A DNA stretch of 41,705 nt from a virus. Its lineage: Duplodnaviria > Caudoviricetes. A model generated the notes under the pieces. It had not been told where the DNA came from. It was given only the letters and a program-made list of their open reading frames with translations, and ran no database searches. The translations under genes and the position numbers were made by a program. Positions 1 through 7,721 of the stretch are shown one piece after another. The stretch spans positions 1-41,705 of IMG/VR virus record IMGVR_UViG_3300026907_000032; one strand, given 5' to 3'. Within the stretch, counting starts at the first letter, position 1; the number at the start of each line of letters is the position of its first letter.

Positions 1-44
1 GCGTGGCGTCGTCTTACTGGTCATTTGTTGCAGTCCCTCTGGCC

Positions 45-73
45 TTGTCAAATCAGCCTTTGGGCGCTATTTA
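45..73 (+). promoter_or_regulatory. Putative sigma70 promoter (TTGTCA-N17-TATTTA)
   Basis: -35/-10-like hexamers with 17-bp spacer, upstream of a hairpin-rich ~95-nt stretch that ends in a terminator. Confidence 0.4.
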
Positions 74-79
74 CGGTGT

Positions 80-177
80 TGCGACACTACCGCTTCGGGC
101 GCACGGCTTGCTTCTCGGCAAGCCAGGCAACCGAGGCAAACACACAAAAGCACGTCGATTCGTCGACGTGCTTTTTT
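80..177 (+). ncRNA. Candidate small RNA
   Basis: Promoter upstream; internal hairpin GGCTTGC-ttctcg-GCAAGCC; strong terminal hairpin plus T run; no convincing ORF. Confidence 0.4.
146..177. terminator. Bidirectional intrinsic terminator
   Basis: AAAAGCACGTCGA-ttcg-TCGACGTGCTTTTTT. Confidence 0.75.
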
Positions 178-375
178 ATTTGCCTGATGCACTCAGACAT
201 TGCAAGAAGTAAATGATTTATTAACGGGGTAACGCCAGTTATCCCCGCTTATACGCCAAAAGCCACTCAAGTCAACCGATCGCGTTAATAATAGTTAACG
301 AATTCGCTTGTTGGCTCAGCGATATTTTCCAGTCGTGTCAGTTCACCTCCGGTGGATAGGCGTTACGGCCGGCCA

Positions 376-456
376 TCAATGGCCAAACTGTAAGGCCAAG
401 ACAGCCACCAAATACGACACTGCAATCATCATGTAGGCGAACTGGAGAAAGGTCAT
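376..456 (-). CDS. Candidate 26-aa hydrophobic micropeptide MTFLQFAYMMIAVSYLVAVLALQFGH
   Basis: Hand-translated; GGGGA SD-like sequence upstream of ATG; one TM-length hydrophobic helix; below ORF-track cutoff. Confidence 0.45.
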   Translation of the reverse strand: MTFLQFAYMMIAVSYLVAVLALQFGH

Positions 457-515
457 ACGTCATCCCCGTTTGTTAAAAGGTGACAATCCAATTAGTCCCA
501 TGATCACTCCTTGTC

Positions 516-935
516 ATGGAAACATTCCCCAAAAAAGTTTCCTTGACACTCGTTGATTGGCTGACGCGTCCACGCCATCTAGTCTCGACACCGCTTGGAA
601 ACGGAACGGGCCTTGCGCAGCCGCAGGACTTCGCGCCTGTTGTAACCGAGTGGCAGTGGCCGAGCGCCGAGGATGTGGCGGGCGACCTGACTGAAGACCA
701 TCGCGCGTCCATTCTGGCGGCCGTGAGCGCGTCCGATTACAAGAAGTCACCGAAGGCCAAGAACTGGGTCGGAGGCGCTGTAGCGTACGCTGTGGGGCTG
801 GATTTGGACGACACCATCCAGCGCAAGCGAGCAGCCAGCCTCGTGACCGCGCTCATGCGGGAGGGTGCGCTCGTCGAGCGGGAGGAGCGGGATCCTGTCA
901 GGCGTGAGCTGGCTGTGTTTGTTAGGGCGGCTTAG
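516..935 (+). pseudogene. C-terminal remnant of a phage primase/helicase (RepA/AAA-type replication protein)
   Basis: LVSTPLGNG...VVTEWQWP...WVGGAVAYAVGLDL resembles the C-terminus of alphaproteobacterial phage primase-helicases; first ~20 aa look non-homologous; no ATPase motifs upstream. Confidence 0.5.
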
Positions 936-1213
936 TCTTCGAACTCTTCGGCCGCTTTCACGTGTTGCACAATGGTTTGTTCAATGAAAACGTTTAGCGG
1001 CATCGGCAAGTATCCGTCGTCAGGATAAAGTGTGACTAGCTGCACAAGAGCCATCCTTGCTGCCTGAAGATGGACTTCTCGCGTCGGAGTTCTCCCGCTC
1101 TCCAGGTTCTCATATGTGCGCAAAGGGACGCCCATCGCTTTCGCGAAGGCTGATTGAGAGAGACGACAATGGGCTCGCAGGAGTGAAAGCTGGTTAATCT
1201 TCATTGAATTCAA
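932..1213 (-). CDS. XRE-family HTH protein
   Basis: LRAHCRLSQSAFAKAMGVPLRTYENLESGR HTH_3 signature; GGGAG RBS. Confidence 0.85.
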   Translation of the reverse strand: MNSMKINQLSLLRAHCRLSQSAFAKAMGVPLRTYENLESGRTPTREVHLQAARMALVQLVTLYPDDGYLPMPLNVFIEQTIVQHVKAAEEFED

Positions 1214-1269
1214 CGCTCCCTTTTGCTATCTTGGGAACCGGAGAGGTTGCAGCCCCTCCGGCCCCCAGT

Positions 1270-1338
1270 TTAACGGCCGATGGAGAGTGTCAGTCTCCAC
1301 TTGCCGAACCGGACTTGGACGGTGAGCTTGATGCTCAT
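1270..1338 (-). CDS. 22-aa basic/hydrophobic peptide MSIKLTVQVRFGKWRLTLSIGR
   Basis: Hand-translated; strong GGAGGA RBS; lies between the promoter and the XRE gene, followed by hairpin CCGGAG..CTCCGG (1238-1261). Confidence 0.65.
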   Translation of the reverse strand: MSIKLTVQVRFGKWRLTLSIGR

Positions 1339-1384
1339 GGTATCCTCCAGTCGGGTTGCCGAAGCGGTTTGCTCCGGTGATTTG

Positions 1385-1435
1385 TTTATGCCACCATTTT
1401 GGTGGTAGCGCAAGTGAAAACCACCATTTTGGTGG
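1385..1435 (-). promoter_or_regulatory. Promoter TTGCGC-N17-CATAAA with two palindromic operators CCACCA-TTT-TGGTGG (1391-1405, 1421-1435)
   Basis: Identical 15-bp palindromes 30 bp apart; one fills the -35/-10 spacer. Confidence 0.75.
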
Positions 1436-1520
1436 CAAAAATTACGCCGTCGGCCTTGCAGGGCTGGCGGCTTTTTTGTTTCTTCTGCGGTCCAGGATTT
1501 TCGACGGTAACAATTTCCGC

Positions 1521-1545
1521 GGAACTATTCGCGCCATCTTGCGTT
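1521..1545 (+). promoter_or_regulatory. EcfG/RpoE-type general stress promoter GGAAC-N16-CGTT
   Basis: Exact consensus upstream of csbD. Confidence 0.85.
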
Positions 1546-1577
1546 TTCTTACCACACAACAAAGAGGAGACATATCA

Positions 1578-1781
1578 ATGGATTGGAACCGCGTAGAAGG
1601 TAACTGGAAGCAGATGAAGGGCAAGGTTAAGGAGCAGTGGGGCAAACTCACTGACGACGACCTCGATGTCATCAATGGCAAGCGTGAACAGCTCGAAGGC
1701 AAGATTCAAGAGCGTTACGGCTATGCGAAAGACCAGAGCAAAAAAGACGTCGATGACTGGTACGGTCGTCAGGGCTGGTAA
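1578..1781 (+). CDS. csbD: CsbD/YjbJ family stress protein
   Basis: MDWNRVEGNWKQMKGKVKEQWGKLTDDDL...GKREQLEGKIQERYG; GAGGAG RBS; true start is 1578, not 1356. Confidence 0.95.
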   Translation: MDWNRVEGNWKQMKGKVKEQWGKLTDDDLDVINGKREQLEGKIQERYGYAKDQSKKDVDDWYGRQGW

Positions 1782-1787
1782 TTATGG

Positions 1788-1810
1788 AACCCCGCTTAGG
1801 CGGGGTTTTT
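1788..1810 (+). terminator. Intrinsic terminator after csbD
   Basis: AACCCCGC-ttag-GCGGGGTTTTT. Confidence 0.8.
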
Positions 1811-1873
1811 CATGCCTGAGCGCAAATTTATCTGAGCATCAGCGATGCCGTCGGCGATGGAATTTCGCTTCGT

Positions 1874-1898
1874 GAAACTTTTTCAGTCTCAACGAGTT
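1874..1898 (+). promoter_or_regulatory. EcfG-like promoter variant GAAAC-N16-AGTT
   Basis: Same spacing as the other four copies; upstream of the micropeptide operon. Confidence 0.55.
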
Positions 1899-1986
1899 TG
1901 GCCCTAGCGCAACAAGCTCTTGTTTCACGCAACAGACAACCACCCGCCATGCGGAGCATCAAAATTTCCCTCCGGAGGAGACGCAT

Positions 1987-2061
1987 ATGAACTCTATTAT
2001 TTATCTAGTCGGGCTAGTCGTAATCGTCCTGTTCATTCTCTCATTTTTGGGGCTACGCTAA
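1987..2061 (+). CDS. 24-aa single-TM micropeptide MNSIIYLVGLVVIVLFILSFLGLR
   Basis: GGAGGA RBS; stop TAA overlaps the next ATG (TAATG coupling). Confidence 0.75.
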   Translation: MNSIIYLVGLVVIVLFILSFLGLR

Positions 2062-3137
2062 TGGTCGATCCTATCGGTACTGAAACAAATCGTAGCTATG
2101 TCGATTGGCCAGCCATCTTCGCGGGCACCGTCATCGCGTCCGGAGCAGTTGCAATCCTCACGGCTTTTGCTGGAGGTCTTGGCCTGAGCTCGATTTCGGC
2201 TGATGATGGCGGAGATATCAGCGTAATCTGGCTGATCATTACTGGATTGTTCGTCGTCATCTCGATGGTCGGCTCTTATATGTTGGGTGGCTATATTACG
2301 GGACGTATGCGTCGCCCAGCTGGATCGGCCGATCGCAACGAACTAACGACACGCGACGGGATCAACGGTCTCGTTGTTTGGGGCCTTGGAACTGTTATTT
2401 CAGCGTTCCTTGCCCTCAGCGTCGTGTCGGGTGGCGCAAAGGCCGTTGGCAGCGTAGCGCAATCCGCCGTAGAAGCGACTGGTTCTGCGGTTGGCGGGGC
2501 TGCGCAGGGCGTTGGTCAATTGGCGGGTGGGGTGGTGTCCGGGGCCGGTAACGCCATTGGTGGCGTCGCTCAAGGTGCCGGTCAGGCTGCAGCTCCCAGC
2601 ATTGAGGAAGCTCTTCCTCAAGGGTTGAAAGCCAACCCGATCGACTATTTCACCGACACTCTTTTGCGGACGGACACGCCTGCAATTAACGGCGATCAAA
2701 ACGGTGCCGATTTTCAGCGCCAAGCCGGTGGAATTTTGAGCAACCTGCTCTCAACCGGAGAGATTTCCGACGCTGATCGTACATGGCTTACGAACCAGAT
2801 CGCAGCGCGCACCGGCATTAGCCAGACTGACGCTCAGACCCGTGTGAACCAGACAGTCGATCGCGTGCAGGCTGTCCGGACCCAGGCGCAGCAGAAAGTA
2901 GACGAGGCTCAGAAGAAGATCGACGATCTGAGGGCGCAGGCTGAAAAAGCTTTCGAGGATGCAAAAGCACAAGCTGTAGATGCCGCTGAAAAGGCACGGG
3001 TTGCCGGTATCTTAACTGCGTTCCTCTTGGCAGCTTCTTCCCTTGTATCCGCTGCAGCAGCCTACATTGGTGCGGTGCACGGTGGTCGTCACAGGGACGA
3101 GGGCCGCATCTGGGGCGGTCTCGCATACCGGAAGTAA
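2061..3137 (+). CDS. Multi-pass membrane protein with Gly/Ala-rich repeats and coiled coil
   Basis: SYVDWPAIFAG start motif; three N-terminal TM helices; RDGINGLVVWG motif; C-terminal TM followed by GGRHRD; coupled to micropeptide, so start is 2061. Confidence 0.8.
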   Translation: MVDPIGTETNRSYVDWPAIFAGTVIASGAVAILTAFAGGLGLSSISADDGGDISVIWLIITGLFVVISMVGSYMLGGYITGRMRRPAGSADRNELTTRDGINGLVVWGLGTVISAFLALSVVSGGAKAVGSVAQSAVEATGSAVGGAAQGVGQLAGGVVSGAGNAIGGVAQGAGQAAAPSIEEALPQGLKANPIDYFTDTLLRTDTPAINGDQNGADFQRQAGGILSNLLSTGEISDADRTWLTNQIAARTGISQTDAQTRVNQTVDRVQAVRTQAQQKVDEAQKKIDDLRAQAEKAFEDAKAQAVDAAEKARVAGILTAFLLAASSLVSAAAAYIGAVHGGRHRDEGRIWGGLAYRK

Positions 3138-3223
3138 ATAAGCTTGCGCACTGACCACGGATGAACTGGCAGACAGCGGCAAGTGACAGGAAGGCTGGTG
3201 CAGAGATGCGCTGGCCTTTTTTG

Positions 3224-3757
3224 TTAGACAAGTGCAGTCGCTACTGACTGCACCCAGTTACCATTGAGGGTCGAATAAGCCCCTCCAACAATGCAAAGAG
3301 ACGATAATATTCCCAAAATTAGTGCACCCCAATAGGAAACGGCGACGCCCCACGTGTGTACACTCTGCCCGACCCATTGATCCGGGTCCCACAACATCGC
3401 TTTGTTTGCCCATGCCTCATAATTGTCACTGTGCATTGACCAGTTCAGCCAGGTGCACAGCCCTGCGAAGAGGGTGAGCATTAGTCCTGAGACGAACCAC
3501 CATACAGTCAACTGGTATCGTGCCAAGACCTCTGGCTTATCTGCCAATTCACTTAGGAATGTGAAGAGGCCAAACAACGCGCCGCCATGGATCAAAAGAA
3601 GGCTTGCGAGTAGCCACTTACCTAATTGGCTTGCGACATCAAATGTCGCTCTCTGCATCTCTTTATAGTCCTTGTATACGATCTCCGCGACTTCAGCTCG
3701 GCCCTTCATAAATTGCTTCGGCTGAACTGGAGGGGTAGTGGCGTTGCCTACGGTCAT
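3224..3757 (-). CDS. Hypothetical 3-TM membrane protein (moron)
   Basis: Long ORF with three hydrophobic segments; AT-richer than phage core; start uncertain. Confidence 0.65.
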   Translation of the reverse strand: MTVGNATTPPVQPKQFMKGRAEVAEIVYKDYKEMQRATFDVASQLGKWLLASLLLIHGGALFGLFTFLSELADKPEVLARYQLTVWWFVSGLMLTLFAGLCTWLNWSMHSDNYEAWANKAMLWDPDQWVGQSVHTWGVAVSYWGALILGILSSLCIVGGAYSTLNGNWVQSVATALV

Positions 3758-3854
3758 ATGTTGCCCATCAGATTTGGTTCGATTGTCTCGCTGAGACACA
3801 ACCAAAACAGGCTTACTATTGCAACTAAAAGTTCGCCCGGTTCCCAAATTTCTA

Positions 3855-3992
3855 TCCGTGCAGTAACTGTGCACATCCGGGCGTTCACACCTGCACAGCT
3901 CTGCCCGGTTGGTGCACGTTTAGGGGTATATATATTTATAAATATATACCCTACTCGTGCAGCCGTGCAGGGCGGTGTGCTGGCTGCACGGT
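3855..3992. repeat. Origin-like element: AT palindrome flanked by GTGCA/TGCAC repeats
   Basis: Perfect 20-bp palindrome TATATATTTA|TAAATATATA (3929-3948), extended by TAGGG/CCCTA; about 7 GTGCA/TGCAC motifs around it. Confidence 0.6.
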
Positions 3993-4052
3993 TGTTGAGG
4001 TTTTTTATTCGGGCGCCGTGCGCCGGGCATAATGGCAGTCAGGATGCAACCT

Positions 4053-4078
4053 GGAACCAGCGCTGTCCTAATCGCATT
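4053..4078 (+). promoter_or_regulatory. EcfG-type promoter GGAAC-N17-CATT
   Basis: Consensus-like motif just upstream of the RBS of the 55-aa ORF. Confidence 0.7.
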
Positions 4079-4102
4079 TGCGGCTCGTGAGGAGAACGCA
4101 AA

Positions 4103-4270
4103 ATGCGCGAGAATAAAATCGAGCCGTACACCGTCGAGCAACTGCAACAAGCGTATTCAGTGAGCCTGCCTAAAGCAGTCGAGGTACTTGAGCACTTTCG
4201 AGGTGACCGGTCGAAAATCGACAAGTTCATGAAGCGCTGTCCTCATCGGGATGAGAACGATCGTCAATAA
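4103..4270 (+). CDS. 55-aa small protein MRENKIEPYTVEQLQQAYSVSLPKAVEVLEHF...
   Basis: Hand-translated; GAGGAG RBS; stress promoter upstream; absent from ORF track. Confidence 0.7.
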   Translation: MRENKIEPYTVEQLQQAYSVSLPKAVEVLEHFRGDRSKIDKFMKRCPHRDENDRQ

Positions 4271-4382
4271 CAGCGGACGACATTTAGCCGAAATTTTTTG
4301 GCGCAAAAATCTTGACCCACGCTGCGCCGGTACTAATATTATTTCTGCTTCTTGATCTGGTTGTTTGGATTGGAGGTAAGAA

Positions 4383-4685
4383 ATGGACAGCCAAGATGTT
4401 GTATTTCGAGCACCAGTCCGCATTCGGATGCAGTGCGGACTCGAGAGAGCATTCCTGAGCGTCTATGATGCGCTGGACTACCTGGAGCATGAATGGCCAC
4501 TCCGCCATGGAGAGCGCTACAAGAGAGCGGTAGAAAAGTGCCGCGCCGCGTTGACTTGGGTGGTGCCTACCGAAGTCGCTCGTGAAGCATTTATCGCAGC
4601 CTGCCTGGAGGCGGGAATGCCGATGGTGATGGCCAGCCCGTCGGAAGTGGGCAAGCATAAACGCAATCTTCAGGCAAGTGCCTGA
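4383..4685 (+). CDS. DUF982 family protein
   Basis: F..PVRI...SVYDALDYLEHEWP...AREAFIAACLEAG pattern; GGAGG RBS. Confidence 0.85.
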   Translation: MDSQDVVFRAPVRIRMQCGLERAFLSVYDALDYLEHEWPLRHGERYKRAVEKCRAALTWVVPTEVAREAFIAACLEAGMPMVMASPSEVGKHKRNLQASA

Positions 4686-4695
4686 CAGCGTCACA

Positions 4696-4719
4696 GCCCC
4701 GCGGTGAGCGGGGCTTTTT
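4696..4719 (+). terminator. Intrinsic terminator
   Basis: AGCCCCGC-ggtga-GCGGGGCTTTTT. Confidence 0.8.
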
Positions 4720-4822
4720 ATTGCCCCAAAAAATATTTCACAAGTCCACTACCCGTTTTCGCTCCTTCTTCGGAAAGTATGCGTGTCGCCACCACGACAC
4801 CACACCACACGAGGAGGCCTGC

Positions 4823-5293
4823 ATGCAGCAAACCACCCGCATCAATGGCAAGCGCGTCGTCCTCCGTACTTCGCCCAAAGGCAAGGTCACTGTCGCAGAC
4901 GCACCCATCAAGGAAACCGAAGGACAGGCGGCCCAGGTTCGCGCCCTGCGGTCGTTGCCGGAGTACGGCCGCCAGTTCCTGCTTGCTGGCGACATGAACA
5001 GCGCGAAGCGCGGGCCACGGGCCCAGGCTGACGCAATCGCAACCGGCATGACGCCTGGCGAAGCTGACCTGCGGATCTACCTCAAGGGCGGCACACTGCG
5101 GATGATCGAAAACAAGGTTGGCAAAGGCCGCCTGTCTCCGGCGCAGGTTGAGCGTCACGCGTCTCTGGCGCGGCTCGGGCATCCGGTGGAGGTGGTGCGG
5201 TTCACATCCACGGCTGAAGCGGCCAGCAAGGCTGTAACGCTGGTCAAGGAATGGCTGGCCGACAACGACAATCACGCTGCGCAGTCGCATTAA
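4823..5293 (+). CDS. VRR-NUC domain nuclease
   Basis: GMTPGEADL...IENKVGKGRLSPAQ PD-(D/E)xK pattern; GAGGAGG RBS. Confidence 0.85.
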   Translation: MQQTTRINGKRVVLRTSPKGKVTVADAPIKETEGQAAQVRALRSLPEYGRQFLLAGDMNSAKRGPRAQADAIATGMTPGEADLRIYLKGGTLRMIENKVGKGRLSPAQVERHASLARLGHPVEVVRFTSTAEAASKAVTLVKEWLADNDNHAAQSH

Positions 5294-5331
5294 CGGCGCC
5301 TACCAAGCGTCAGCACCACAGGGGAGACGAT

Positions 5332-6276
5332 ATGAACGAAGAAGACCAGATCATAGACGCCACTGGCAGGGTAGCCTTCACCGGAGATCAGCCGCACCCA
5401 TACAGGACGAACACTCGATTTCGAAAAGTGGATGGAAAGTGGGAGCCGATAGAGGAAATCAAGACGAGAAACGCGACCAAAACCCTACCAACCTCTGAGG
5501 GGAGGGCGGCCGGTAGAGAGCGAGCAAAAGCCAAAGCTGCGGATGAGGCAAAGAAAATGGCGAAGGTTCGGAGGGCGATAATGAAGCGACAGTCAATCGG
5601 CGATCCGGCTTGCCGTCAGAGCGACGGAGAGGACTTCCCTTTGCTTGAGGCGCTGCGAAGGGAATATCGGGAAGATTTGGTGTCGGTTGTTCTTCGCTAC
5701 CGCCGGCTTGTGGCGCTATGCGAAGCGGAGCCTCTGAAAGGGTTGGATTACAGCAAGTCGGACGGTGGCGAGGTTGTAAGGGAAACGAAGCGGCTCACAC
5801 CAGAGGCGGACATTGACCGAGCCGCCGCCTCTGATTGGAAGGAAATCCCGAGTGGTGAAATCAAAATCTCTACGAAGGTCAAGAAGAGCAAGGGGTCGCA
5901 TTCGATACCGCCACGACGGACTGTTGTCGCGGCAAATGATAACACTGCCGCGGGAAGCGTGATCAAGACCGAAAGCCTACATGTCAAGATTACCGACGAA
6001 ATCCTGAATGAGCATATCGACGCCAAGCCAATACTGGCTGAGCTTCGCTGCTCTCTTGGGCCACTGGTTGAGCCTTTTGAGGACGCCGTATTGGGAGGCC
6101 AAAACTATTCTGAGATCGGGCGGGCCAAGGGAGAGGGAGCCAAGCCAGCTGTAGCTGGTCGCGCTTTGGTGGGGATGGCAATCGGCACCATTAGCGTGAA
6201 ATGGCAAGAGATCGATAAACGAGAGGCACGTCTGGCAGAGTACGCACTAAGCCGTTTTCGTAACCGCGCAGCATAG
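5332..6276 (+). CDS. Phage protein, possible late-transcription regulator
   Basis: Position just before the late region; C-terminal HTH-like segment (AVLGGQNYSEIGRAKG); function inferred. Confidence 0.6.
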   Translation: MNEEDQIIDATGRVAFTGDQPHPYRTNTRFRKVDGKWEPIEEIKTRNATKTLPTSEGRAAGRERAKAKAADEAKKMAKVRRAIMKRQSIGDPACRQSDGEDFPLLEALRREYREDLVSVVLRYRRLVALCEAEPLKGLDYSKSDGGEVVRETKRLTPEADIDRAAASDWKEIPSGEIKISTKVKKSKGSHSIPPRRTVVAANDNTAAGSVIKTESLHVKITDEILNEHIDAKPILAELRCSLGPLVEPFEDAVLGGQNYSEIGRAKGEGAKPAVAGRALVGMAIGTISVKWQEIDKREARLAEYALSRFRNRAA

Positions 6277-6526
6277 GGACCGCCACGCCGTTTCAAATCC
6301 CCGAGGGTTGAGAGGGTATCGAAAGATACCTTCGCCCCTTTGCGGTCACGACCGCCCCGCCGTCATGCTGCATTCGGTGCAGCCGCTGAACGCAGCGGGT
6401 AACTATCGCCGCCCCAATCCTCCGCTTGCAAGCTTGGCCCTGAATTTACTGGCATCCACTGTGGACGCGCAGTGGTGGGCGGGTATCTATCAGGTGAAGC
6501 AGAGCAGGCCAGCTTGGGTGGGAAGC

Positions 6527-6811
6527 TCAAATTGGCGGCCATCCCATAACTGATCTGCCGTGATTGTACACTTCACGTTGCGCCTTTTGACAGCAATACT
6601 TGAACATCGCCAACACCGATGGGCCGTCTTGGCACAACTCGAAACCTTCCTTGAATTCCCCCATGTAGTCTTCGGTGGCTTGCCGAGTGGCATGGATCAT
6701 CTTTTGTTGACCTTCGGAGTTGGCCCCGGAGTTGGTCATCGACCACCAGATGTTTTCTTGCGTCTGTCTCCAGACCTCACGGTCGTTCTCGGTTCCATCG
6801 AATGCACTCAT
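6527..6811 (-). CDS. Hypothetical protein (moron)
   Basis: 94-aa ORF with strong GAGGAGGA RBS. Confidence 0.6.
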   Translation of the reverse strand: MSAFDGTENDREVWRQTQENIWWSMTNSGANSEGQQKMIHATRQATEDYMGEFKEGFELCQDGPSVLAMFKYCCQKAQREVYNHGRSVMGWPPI

Positions 6812-6951
6812 CTCATCCTCCTCGGTAGATTTTTGATGATGGCGAACTTCGAGATCGACAAGACAGCGGGTCCGCCCGTGAAAGCATTATCAGGAGATTC
6901 ACCCCGGCTTCCCAATCCCATGCGCGTTCTCCTCCGCAGCGTGGGTTCATG

Positions 6952-6996
6952 CGGCCCGTTCCCCATCGTGGTTGAGCGGGCCGCTTTTGTTTTTCT
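6952..6996. terminator. Intrinsic terminator hairpin
   Basis: GCGGCCCGTTC...GAGCGGGCCGC followed by TTTTGTTTTT. Confidence 0.7.
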
Positions 6997-7014
6997 GTAA
7001 CACTCAGTTCAGCC

Positions 7015-7629
7015 TCATGGTCTAGTATCAGGTCTACCCGGCTTGGGGAGAGTACGTGGAATTGGCTTTTCACTACTGCCACCGCCACCGGCATCAGGCT
7101 GCGGCCGATCGGGTCCACTCTGCACTCTTGCCGTCATCTCTCCCTGTCCTGGGAAATCAAATTGGATGCGACGGCCAACCACAAATCCTTGCCGCTGCCG
7201 AACCCGCTCAAGAATGTCTTCAGTGGGGGTGAATTTCTTGAATCTAGCAATGAGTTCGTCGCCAAGATTCAGCGTCTTGTCGTCGGTGCTAAAAACGACG
7301 TCCGGGCAATGGGGAATCGATGGCGTCCTAGGTTCCGGAGCCGCAGATGGCTCAGTTGGGAACATTGGCTTGATCGCTATCACCCGCGCGTTGGGTCGCT
7401 TGGGAAGAAACTGATCAGCGATGTTTGGTTCGCGAATGTGGCCTACGGTGTAGCCGTCTAGGTTAATCGCAGCGAAGTCTTCACGGAGTTGGATGATATC
7501 AACCCGAGGACATGGCTGTTGACTTGGGAGCTGTGCGAAGGCGGGCCAAGGTGCAAGCAACAGACCGCCAAACACAAAGCTTAGAGAAGCAGAAATACGA
7601 GCGCTGATCATCAGTTCCCCCTGATCCAT
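7015..7629 (-). CDS. Hypothetical exported protein
   Basis: Signal peptide-like N-terminus (FVFGGLLLAPWPAFA/Q); Pro-rich linker and tail. Confidence 0.6.
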   Translation of the reverse strand: MDQGELMISARISASLSFVFGGLLLAPWPAFAQLPSQQPCPRVDIIQLREDFAAINLDGYTVGHIREPNIADQFLPKRPNARVIAIKPMFPTEPSAAPEPRTPSIPHCPDVVFSTDDKTLNLGDELIARFKKFTPTEDILERVRQRQGFVVGRRIQFDFPGQGEMTARVQSGPDRPQPDAGGGGSSEKPIPRTLPKPGRPDTRP

Positions 7630-7721
7630 GAGCAGATAAACTTACAATTGCACCGTACTATGTGTTTGTCTAGAAGGTGTATTCGCTGCTCTTACTGCAT
7701 GGCGTCGATTAGGAAGCATTA

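Noticed and set aside
1391..1435. Repeat-spacer-repeat as a mini CRISPR array
   Set aside because: Only two 15-bp repeats with a 15-bp spacer and no cas genes; fits operator sites in a promoter
1356..1577. N-terminal extensions in the ORF track (csbD 1356, membrane protein 1920, distal tail 21253, katE 34876, XRE 38918)
   Set aside because: RBS positions and homology onset support the shorter starts; the extensions run through promoters or other genes
4769..4810. Shared TTC(G/T)GAAAGT motif with 39768 as a phage-specific promoter, and CACCAC repeats
   Set aside because: Only two short imperfect matches; too weak to call without comparative data
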